Positions 13,078 through 24,374 of a DNA stretch of 64,000 bases are shown here, piece after piece. The DNA comes from Cycas panzhihuaensis (Eukaryota; Plantae; Cycadophyta). The stretch is taken from the NCBI GenBank assembly GCA_023213395.1, contig CM041465.1, positions 181,109,741 to 181,173,740 of the forward strand. The letters run 5' to 3'. How positions within the stretch are numbered: the stretch's first letter is position 1; each line of letters opens with the position of its first letter. The notes under the pieces are model-generated. The model saw only the letters and a list, made by a program, of their open reading frames with translations, made no database searches and was not told the origin of the DNA. A program made the position numbers and the translations under genes.

Positions 13078-16000
13078 TGTTAAACTTTAACATGGAAGAC
13101 ATTCATCATCAACAATAACAATACCAATAAGCATAGATTAACTCAACATAATCAGAATACATTAACATACCAAAGCACCATAGATTCAACATGAGCCTTG
13201 ATGATTACCATCTTCCATATCCTACCTCAACCACCTTTATATACAAAACAGGTGGGAGGACATACAAGACAAGTAACGCATGTGGGACAACTACCTCTAT
13301 CGTAACCAATGACATTATACCAACTAACTTAACCAATAAGCTTCTATCTTCTCACATAATGATAAGTGACTCTTAGACTCTGATACTTAGGACTATAACT
13401 TTATTGACCCTAAGACACACCTTACATTAAACATTATATTCTAACACCTCCCCTTAATGTTTAATGTCAAGACCACACGAACTTATTACCAAAGACAACA
13501 TGACATTTAGTATTAAGGACTAACAACAAAATTAACACACACTAATATAAGATTTGACTTGAAGTATTGTTCGAATTTCCAGTGCCTCAGTCTAGGAATC
13601 TTCCTGAGGATGATGTCATGAGCTTGGTCTTCGACTAAAAAGCAACAGAGTCTTTTATCCCTGTGCATCATGATTGTTCCATCCCCTCTTGTTTCTTGCT
13701 TGATGTCTGCTACAATATCTGACTGTAAGTGCAATCTACTTTGATTATTATCTCTAGGATCAAACATGACAACATATGATTTGGACCCCATGGAAAAAAT
13801 GGATTCCTCTTTGTTTGTCTTCAAGACAGCATGTATGATCAACTTCTCAAGCCAACAAATGCTCTCTTGAAAGGAGAGAAGAGACAATGATTTCTTTTCT
13901 ATCTCCACCTGTGCAGGTACTTGTTCTGAATCAATAAAATATTTTGTTTTGTCTTCATCACCCAAGAGATCTTTTGTCGTACCAAATACGATGAGGATTT
14001 CTATTACGATCACATATACGTACCTCCCAATTATGATTACATAAGAATAGTGTAATATCTTAACATGATTGCCTCTCTTGACCAAGTATCCTGCCCATAA
14101 CATGCAACAATCTTGGTAGACAAGATTTTGATCAAATGATACTCCAACTATGTTCTTCCTTCTTTTGAATGAATCTTCTAGAACCAATGTAGGATATGTT
14201 AACATAGTTTGAATTCTTTCAAGGATAAGCATAGAAAAAGCTACCATGTCAAATGCGGTCATACAAAGTCTTGTGCATATGCATACAACGATGTAACCTG
14301 ACATTGTTTGGAACCTAGCAACAAATTTATCAACATAGATTAAAGCGATATAATCCACACTTTCCACTAAGCCAGTTGAGTTTCCATATTGAACCACCTG
14401 TAATAGATCAATTTCAAAATTTTCAATGTCCATCCTTTCACTCTTTCCTGTCAACATGCTGAAACTCAAGATGTTTGATGGGATAATTCTCTTCTCAACC
14501 TTTAGTTCTTTATTTTCATCTTCTTCCTCAGATCCTAAGCAACGATCTAAGGTTAGATCACCAATAAGTTCACTTGCAGAGATTACTTTGTCACAACAAT
14601 TATATTCACTTATTTCTTCATCAATAGAGAACCTATTTTTAGAAATAAGTTCACATACCTTTTCACCTTCCTTATCATCAAATGAATCTATAAGAGATTC
14701 ATTCTTATGGAAACTGACCTGATTACATGCATTATCCTTTTTGATTTTCCTCTTCAATTTCTTTTTCTGATTCTTTGTCAGGTTATTGTGTGTAGCATGC
14801 ACTTCTTCCTTTAGACTAGCTATAATTTTTTATTTCTTTACCTTCATTCATTGGTTGTTGGTTTGTCAACTTGGAATCAAATTTCTCTTTTATGAAGTTC
14901 CATGATTTCTGTGCCCTACAAGTAGTATTTTAGGTGAGGCAAAAAATATCACTGAATTTTATGCAGCCTCCTTGTGTGGACATGAAAGAAATCCATTGAA
15001 ATACTAATGTGTCCTTTTGTTCCAGCACTGGTGATACATCATTGTATCCTTCTAAAACAATCTCCCATAAGCCAAGGGAGATGAGCCAAGACTTCATGTT
15101 TTTTTACCATTCTAAATAGTTGTCTTCTGTTAACAGAAGATGAGCATGACCCATTTTGATAACCTTACAATCAAACTGCTATTGTGTCTAGTTATGAATT
15201 TTCTTAGGACTGCTTTTGTACTTGAAATCAGAAACTCGCCAATTAAATGTGACAAGAAATGTTCATTGGACACTACATTTGCTTCAAACTAATAGTCCAC
15301 AATAAAGATATTTAAGGGTGAGGATTTTATCACCTTGCTCTTAGGGAACAAATCAATTTAGCCATTGAAGTTTCTTTAAACTGTCCATTCTAACTCCACT
15401 AGAATGTCTCTTGACAAGTGTTAGTTGCCTTACCATCAACGAACTTTTCTTTGGCCTTGGCGATTCCAACTCAGAGGCATCTATGCCTCCACCTGACTCT
15501 AGCTCCACCTAAACAACTGGAGTATTCCTAAGCCCATCTTATCATGTTGTTGTCCTTCCTTACATCTTAGTCGACTATGCTCACTCAGGACTACAATCTG
15601 CTATGAAAACATCCTCTTCTAGAATTCAATCGGCTAGACTTCCCTTGCCAAAACAGGGACCTTCAAGTAACTTGATATCAAATGTCAGTCTGGACTGACC
15701 ACATATGAACAATGATTAACCTCCAGGCGAGAGAATGAATAATGATAGACGTTAACTGCTACCAGTAATAGTCCTGAGGCATCCAATAAAAGTCCTTTTA
15801 AGAGTCGATATGCCCTAAACCTGAAAGTTGACTCTAATGCACCCTCTGGCCAACAATTGCCTCTAACCAAGAAGCAGGCAAATGAGCATCTCTAGAATGC
15901 TGACGTATATAGTTCAAAATGCCAGCTTTTGCATGTCCCAGTAAAATCCTGGGAGGAGGTAAAACAAGACCCAAGCATTGGCAGACTTGAATGGTCAAAT

Positions 16001-17463
16001 GATATAACCAGCTGATTTAAATCGTAGGGGCTGCAATGAATGCTTTACAAAGAAAGTTCTCTCAAAAAATTGCTTCATTCCTAGCATCCGTCCATTATGA
16101 ATTTGGATGCAATAAATTCTAAGATCTCGTGGCGTTATTCACCACGGCTCAGAGTAGAATTTCCTAACAGTTTGCCTTTAATACTTCGATCGACTGCAGG
16201 GCTATATACTACGCGAACAATCCTCTCTATAGCATAGATCAATTATCTTTATATAGTCCAGTAGATGTCTTGATGAACGCAGACAGCACTCGGCCATAAA
16301 ATCTAACAGCATGCCTCCAGCTCCACATGCCTTTTCTCAAATCTCCCTATGGGTTGAAAAGTAGCTCCCTAACTTAGCATCATCTCTACTGATAGTTTCT
16401 TGAAGGGTATTCCCTCTACACATATCTTGTGAGTTTGCAGTTATTTGGGAGCTATGTCACAACATGAATAAATACAGAAGACATATGTGCACCATCAAAC
16501 AGAAACTCATAAGCAGATTTACTGGCAACTATTATGTCACTATTTGCTTGTTGCAACAATATCTTGTGTAACTTCAATTGTAGTTTCACCAATATTTGCA
16601 AAATAACTCATGCGGGAAGCTTTTGCATACCAAGCTTTTTTGCAGACTTGGTCAAAGAAATGATTATAATTCTTGGACAATAGATCATATGAATAGACAA
16701 GCCACTCTCTGTCAAAAGCTTATTCACCTTGATGTAGGATCAAATGGCCTCAAATAGTTTGAAAGAACCAGAAGAATGCCAATGGATAATAGATATAAAT
16801 GTCACCTCAACAACCAAAGCTAAGGGCTATGAATCAACAGAAAGAAACTTCATGACCATGCTTCACACCAAAAACTTCACTCGCAACCAAAACAAGCTTA
16901 AGGGAACAGAATTACCTAATACCAAAATCTGTCTTGTATCAATACTTGGCACACCTTGCTACACTGAGGGCTTTAGGACTTCACCTTCCCAATAAAAATC
17001 TTCAATCCAGCAACCAACTTAACAGAACCACCTGCACCCTTATCAAGCACTTGATGAACTTGCATGACAACAGCGTTAACATGCAACCTGCTTTGATACC
17101 ATGTTAAACTTTAATATGGAAGACATTCATCATCAACAATAACAATATCAATGAGCATAGATTCACTCAACATAATCATTAACATACCAAAGCACCATAG
17201 ACTCAACATGAGCCTTGATGATTACCATCTTCCATATACTACCTCAACCACCTTTATATACAAAGTAAGTGGGAGGACATACAAGACAAGTAATGCATGT
17301 GGGACAATTACCTCTATCGTAACCAATGACAGTACCCCAACTAACTTAACCAATAAGCTTCTATCTTCTCACATAATGATAAGTGACTCTTAGACTCTAA
17401 TACTTAGGACTATAACTTTATTGACGCTAAGACACACCTTACATGAAACATTATATTCTAGTA
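13078..17463 (-). mobile_element. Element E: pol-less Copia-type LTR element
   Basis: LTRs 13078-13446 and 17102-17463; TSD gtgtt/atgtt. PBS (rc gctttgatacca) ends at 17101; PPT (rc cctcccctt) at 13447. No PR, INT, RT or RH motifs inside. Confidence 0.92.
13513..15154 (-). pseudogene. E ORF: Copia Gag N-terminus fused to a basic patch and an unknown hydrophobic domain (429 aa still open)
   Basis: From ATG 15154: MGHAHLLLTEDNYLEW*KNMKSWLISLGLWEIV...AQKSWNFIKEKF (Gag-N-like). A frameshift near 14825 leads into ORF 13513-14802, which ends just before the PPT. Confidence 0.75.
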
Positions 17464-18343
17464 ATGTTTTCTTTCTTAATTGAGATACAAAGAGAAGATT
17501 CTTCTTTAAGCTAGGAACATACAAGACATTTCTAATTTTCTTGATCTCATTATTTATTTTTATGGATATAGTTTTTTTGCCTTTGATGTATAAAGAAAAT
17601 TTATCTCTCAATTCTACTAATTTGTTGAGAGAGTATGGTTGAAAATTGTCAAACCAATCCTTCCTTCCTGTCATGTGATTTGAAGTGCCTAAATCTATGA
17701 ACCAATTCTCATTGTTATGAATACATGAAATTAGGGCATTGATAAATGCAGCAACCTCACATGTACCTTGATCATCTTGAACATGAGCATCTGGACAAGT
17801 ATGTTTACAATATTCTTGAAAAAAACTTTTTCTTTATCTTTGAAGCAATATTGTACACATAGTGAAATCCTTTAGAAATAATACTTTGCATATTATAAGA
17901 AATCGAAACAAGCCTTAAACTTTCTAAGCAACTCTCTTCAATTATAATGACCAGATCCATCTTTGCTAAAAGAGCACTTCCTCTAGGCTTAGAATGTACA
18001 CTTGCTTGCAAAAGATCATTCTTCAATTTCCTCAAAAAAAAAGGTTTCAACTTTGAATTGAATTTCCTTTATGAAAATGGCATTGAATTACCTCATTTTA
18101 TAGCGCATACTATAGTACTTTGAGGCAGGATTAAAGTTTAGACAATTTAGAAAACAAACTTCTGGAACTAAAGATGTTAATAAAAAGGCACAAGAACCCT
18201 TTTATAACGACAAAGTTTGATTTAGCCCCTTTTAATAATTAGCAGTTGGTCGCATAGGCCGCTCATTTAACCAAGGACTATCTCGCTAGGGTGTTAGCAT
18301 ACTCGCACTAAAAATCCAATTTAGCTAAATTTAATAAAAACCT

Positions 18344-18346
<3 letters not shown>

Positions 18347-18382
<36 letters not shown>
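18347..18382. repeat. (AT)18 microsatellite
   Basis: Read directly from the sequence. Confidence 0.95.
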
Positions 18383-18384
<2 letters not shown>

Positions 18385-19719
18385 TGAAGAACCAAATGAA
18401 ATGTGGACAAAACTGTGTGATGCTTTTGAGAAAAAGAAGACAAATAGACACGTTGCCCTGATGTTGGAGTTTCAATTCACATGTCGAAGATGAGAATAAC
18501 ATTAGATCCTACCTGAATAAGATTACACACTTGAAGAATAAGCTAGAAGAACTAAAGCAAAATTCAATCGATGATACGTTGTTATTCGCGATAATCATGT
18601 CGAGTTGCCAATTGCCTTTTCCAATTTTTAGATCATATACGGTAGAGATGAGGTGCTAGAGGCAGAGACTTTTGATGGTCTTAGAAACCTTATTCTAGCA
18701 GAGGATGCCAAGCCGAAACATCATGAAATTCTTGGAGGTTCCAAATCAAGTCAGGCTTTAGCCATGAAGACTCAGAGGAAAGAGGCCACTCAAGAGGAGA
18801 AGTTCACATAGAGGTCTAGAAAATGTTTTCGAAAAAAGAAGAAATTCAATGGAAAATGCAACTACTGCAAAAAGGATGGTCACAAAGAGAAGAATTGTGG
18901 TTCAGGAGACGTGACAAGCACAAAATAAACTAGGATGACAAAGGGAAGAGCGTTGTTGCTCATTGTATCTGGGAGATAACCTTATCAGCTGAGTCTAATT
19001 GGAGAGATTATTGGATTCTTGACTATGGAGCACAAAAGCATCTCTCTTACCAGAAACGCAACTTTGATACGGGGGACGAAAATCATAGTGATGCCGAAAT
19101 CATCTTTGGAGATGCTCGCATATTGCTAGTGGAAGGTATCGGCGAAGTTTCCATTGCAAGTGGTAAGTTTATCGAGGTATATTATGTACCCAAGATGCAA
19201 TTGAACCTTCTTTCAGCCCGGGAGATCTACAAACAAGGTATGAAGGTGGAGCTATACCATGATAGATGCTTGATTAAGGATTTGAAGCAAAATTTCTCTG
19301 TCATTGCTACTGGAAAAGTCAAAGACAACTTTAGGTTGTTTAAGAAATTTGAATCTCAGAAGAAGTCTTATGCCTTTGTCACCAGCACTAATGATGTAAG
19401 TTTTGGCATGATCATCTAGGACACCCTAACTATAGGAGCATCGCACTACTGAAGAGGTTGAAGATGGTAGAAGGATTGCCATGAGTTTCCTGCTTAGATG
19501 GTGTTTGTGAAGGGTGCATGTATGATAAGCGTCATCGATATCCTTTTGCTCGGGGTAATGCTTGGAGAGCCATGGAGAAGCTGGAGCTTGTGCATTCAGA
19601 TATAATGGGACCACTCCCAAACCCTTTGATATTAGGAGCTCGTTACACCCTAGTGTTTGTAGATGATTACACTAGGAATGCCTAGATATACTTTTTGAAG
19701 CAAAGGTCAGAGGTGTTTG

Positions 19720-22700
19720 TGTTGAAAATAACATGGAAAGCATTCATCAATAAACACCAAACAATATCAATGGATAAGAATCACAATGAATGAACTCAAC
19801 ATCAACAGATTACATCAGAACACCAACCATACCATGGACAACATGAGTCTCCATGATGACTTGATAATACATACTACCTCAACCACCTTTATATACTAAA
19901 TAGGTGGGAGACTATACAACACAAGTAATGCATGTGGGACAAATACCTTTGTCCTGACCAATGACATTACACCACTAACTTGACCAATAAGATTTTATCT
20001 TCTCACATAATATTATGATGACCCTTTGACTCTAAGACTTAGGACTTTGACTAATAATCCTAGGACCCACTTTACTTAACCACACACACACATTAAACAT
20101 TATATTCTAACACCTCCCCTTAATGTTTAATGTCAAGACTGCAAGAAGTGACTGAATACAAGAGACTAACATGACACTTTGACACATCTAACACACATTA
20201 ACATGAGACTTGACTTGAGTTTGAAACCATAGAAACTAAAGACAACATGACAAGACTGACATAGGACTTGACTTGGCTTGTCTTTGAAGTAATGTTTGAA
20301 CTTCCATCTCTTGAATCTTGAAATCTTTCTGATGGCGATGGCGATGTCTTGAGTCTTGTCTTCATCCAATGCACTACAAAACATGTATGTCTTGATTGCT
20401 ATGTTGTGTCCTATTTCCTATTTGATGAATCTTCCTGTGTACTCCTGGGAGAGGTATGGTCGCCCTAGAATGAATATGAAATAAATTGACTTCTCCTTGT
20501 GGATTTCCAAACCTGCCAAGATGATTGATTTTTCAACCCATTGATCACTTCCTAGAAGAGTGAGCAATAATGATCCATTTCTGAATTTCCCTTGTTCAAA
20601 AACAAGATACTTTGTTCCTTTCATGTTATCCAGGAATTCATTGTGCCAAGAATGATGAGAGTCTCCATTATGGCCATATGCACGTATTTCCATGTTATTG
20701 CTATACAAATGTGAAGCTTTACTTTGATGTGATTGAGCTTCAAGGTCAAGAATCCTATCAAAAAGCTACAGTGATCTTGATGCACAAGATTTTGATCATA
20801 TGATATTCTCCCCATGTTTCTTCTTTCTTTGGAAGAATCTTCCAATGACCTTGCAGGGTAGGCCATCATAATTTGGATTCTCTCAAAGATGAACATAGAG
20901 ATTGAATTGAGAGATATTATGGAAAGTCTCCAACACATGCATATCAATGTATATCCAGACATCATTTGTATCCTAGCTGTAAATTTGTTGGCACAAACCA
21001 GAATGATATTATCCATACCTTTTGTTAACCTACTTGTGTCTCCATGAACTATTATCGGTAAAAATTGATGCCTGGAATCTTCAACCTCCAAAGTTGGTTC
21101 TTTGATGAGACTTAAGGTATTTGATGGAGTCAAGACTTTGTCATGCTGCTTTTCCCTTTTTTCTTTCCTCTTCAACTTCTTCCTTTGATTCTTTGCCCTT
21201 TTGATACTCCACGCACTTCTTCGTGTCCTTTTCATGCACTCATTAGCGCTTCAGGCGCCTCACCGAGTCGGTATTTTGCAGAACCTGGACAATGAAATGA
21301 TAGGAAGAAGGAAGGTTATCCTTATCAAAGGTTGCAAGTATTACATCGATAGCAATTATGTTTTTCCGTTTGAAAGTTTCCTCCCCTTCTTCGTGAGCCA
21401 TTTCAGTACCCATAACTGTTTTCCAAAGTTTTTCCAGTACGAATAAGCTCTTCATCTTAATTTTCCAAAAGCGAAAATTGATTCCAATATAATATTTGGG
21501 TAAGGGAAAAAGGAGATCTGATAACCAGTATTCATTTTTTTCAGGTACAAAGACTATGACATCACTCAACTCCATGATGTATGAATGAAACGATCAAAAA
21601 AATATCCACTTTGGCCAAAAAAGTCTAACAAATCAAAAAGGTACTTGAATCCCCATAATAGAATTCATCAGTATTTCACTCTGGCAAAAGATCATAGAGA
21701 CCACACCAGAACACAACAGTTGCAAAAGACTCTTGTTGTGGGATGCATGCAGGAAGCACACTTATTTGCTTAAGTTCTCTACAGGACGGTCTCACAGCAT
21801 CTCAAAATGACTATCCACTTCTGGTTGGAACCCTCAGCATTCAAGATTACTACAGCCTTCAAAGTGGCAAATGACATAGCAGATTTATGTCAAACAACAC
21901 CAGACCGTTCAATGCCACTTCAGTCTCATAATTGTAAGTTGTTTCTACAGCCTGAGAGAGCATCAGTTCCAATAGATGTTAATGACACAAACACACAAAC
22001 AGTGTTTGGAACGGAATAATTGCAGATTGTCCTTAGGAAACTAGAATCTGTGGTCAACTTGCTTAGAAGAACAGTCCCTTTTCTTACAAATCAAAGCTCT
22101 GACTTTAGATCTTGAAGACTCATTCCTCAGCCAAACACAGATTGCTCTTGATCATTTTATCTCTGCATTCTAATTTTCCAACTCAGTTCACTTTGATAAT
22201 ATGCTTCAAATCTAACACTTGGCTGCCAGAGACACATTATTACATATCCAATCAGGCAGTGGCACAACGAACTTACAACACTACTGTTTGCAGCAAGGAG
22301 CTGACTCAGCCAGATCTTTCTTCTGAATTCTGAAGTTTCAAGACCTCTAGTTGTGGATGGGGTAGAACCTATTGCAAGTTCACATCAAGGACAGTACCTG
22401 TAAGGAGAAGGAGCTGGCATAGCATTCAGAGCTGTAGGTGCCACTTTAGTGCATCATAGTTTGGGAGTATACAGATTTGAATCCTGGGATATACAGTGTT
22501 GTTCACCTTTCTCAGAGAGGTCCTTCTTATACTCTTCAGTTTGGACTTCAAACAGAAAATTACATTACTCAAGGGCAGGTGCAGATGTCAAAACCCGACT
22601 CCATTCTCAGACTAATGTCATACAGGTATGTAACAGTAATATTCTAATGGTGCAAGAGTGTATTCGTAATAGAAATTTCAGTAAGGCTTTAACAGGATTA

Positions 22701-24374
22701 GGGCAGCATCGTAAAGTGGACTATACATAAGTGGATGCCCTGTACATCTTTCAGGGGTAATTGTTCAGCAAGTCTTCTAATTGTTGCTCTACAACCGTAT
22801 AGTCCCTTTGAATGGAGATTTTCAAAACTGTGATAATTGCAAAGTTCTTTCAACTGTAGACTTCACTTGGTTTGAACTGGAGACACAGTGGATAGGTGTT
22901 ATGATTACAGTTTAGTCTATGCCTTTTCAAATTTCTATGTCAAAGTTCACAGCAGCAGAATTCGTATTTGGTGGAGAAACTCGCATACCTAGATCGATTA
23001 GCACACTTATTTACTAACGTGGAACATCAACTGTATATGACATATCGTGCATGCACCGCCCATAAAGTGGATGCTTCAGAAGCATGAGTCTCCTTTTTTT
23101 GTCTCCTAAGCTCAGATTGGGAGATATTCAGATTTCATCTTCAAAATTTTTCAAAAACTGAAATCTACTGCACACTATTTTCTTTATAGGCAGGAGAACA
23201 GAATTTCCCGGGATTTGCATCAAAACTTGGCACTGTGGGGTTTCATCTTCTTCACTCAGAAACTCAAGGCATGCTAGCCTCGAGTCAATCACCCACTATC
23301 TCAAAGATACAGTCCTTGGCTAGACTTCCTTCTCTCTCAGAAGTCTGCCGCTACCTAGAAGAGTTCGCTATGAGAAGATACCAGTCTGCAGTGTTAGAGA
23401 CCCTATACAGAAATTATGAGTCCAATTCTACAGTGGTTAGGGCTTTGTAGATGATCGTGGCTGACCACTCAGAGGCCCTTACTGTGGGCTACAAACGACC
23501 TTCTACTCAGGCTAGTTCCTCCACACAAGACTAGTCAGAATCAACCATGTGCAACTTTCCCATAGATGGCAGTCTATTAATCTTCCTTCAATCCACAATA
23601 GTTAGCATACTTTTCTTTATCTATGGCTGGTAGAGTTTTAGACACTAATTCATAACTTCAGTAAGACTGATATAAAGGATCTCCTCTTCTCTTTTGCATA
23701 CACAAAATTATACCGAGAATTTTCAGAAACAATATTAGATGAGATGGTAACTTACTCCAAACTTTACCAGCCACTTCTCAACAAACCAGAATAACCAGCT
23801 AAGAGATCAGTATTACCCGGTCCAAATTTCTGTTGACCCAATACTTGGCACACCTTGAATTAATGATGACGTGAGCCTTTACCTCTTAAATCTTCATTCT
23901 GTCAGCGACCCTAATGGAGTCACCTTCCTTCCTTATCTGCACACAAAAGTCTTAGCAAGCAACTTGCTCTGATACCATGTTGAAAATAACATGGAAAGCA
24001 TTCATCAACAAACACCAAACAATATCAATGGATAAGAATCACAATGAATTAACTCAACATCAACAGATTACATCAGAACACCAACCGTACCATGGACTCA
24101 ACATGAGTCTTCATGATGACTTGATAATACATACTACCTCAACCACCTTTATATACTAAATAGGTGGGAGACTATACAACACAAGTAATGCATGTGGGAC
24201 AAATACCTTTGTCCTGACCAATGACATTACACCACTAACTTGACCAATAAGATTCTATCTTCTCACACAATATTATGATGACCCTTTGACTCTAAGACTT
24301 AGGACTATGACTAATAATCCTAGGACCCACTTTACTTAACCACACACACACACATCAAACGTAATATTCTAACA
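19720..24374 (-). mobile_element. Element F: pol-less LTR element of the same family as E
   Basis: LTRs 19720-20112 and 23978-24374 (about 10 substitutions and 2 small indels); perfect TSD GTTTG. Perfect PBS TGGTATCAGAGC (rc 23966-77); PPT at 20113. Inserted in G's integrase. Confidence 0.95.
20166..21575 (-). pseudogene. F ORF, homologue of the E ORF (frameshifted)
   Basis: Gag-N-like NFRFWKIKMKSLFVLEKLWKTV, then KNQRKKLKRK...MSGY...ERIQ...LEDS...DQNLVHQD...RKISRFKRWKFKHYFK, which aligns with E. Confidence 0.78.

Noticed and set aside
14320-14355. YIALIYVDKF in the E ORF as an RT YVDD site
   Set aside because: The second Asp is missing, the motif is not conserved in F (ILVCANKF), and no other RT motifs surround it; at most a remote relic.
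15630-23330. Short matches between the E and F cargos (ggctagacttcc; atgccttttc..caaat)
   Set aside because: Only about 12 nt and in non-colinear order; not enough to claim homology.
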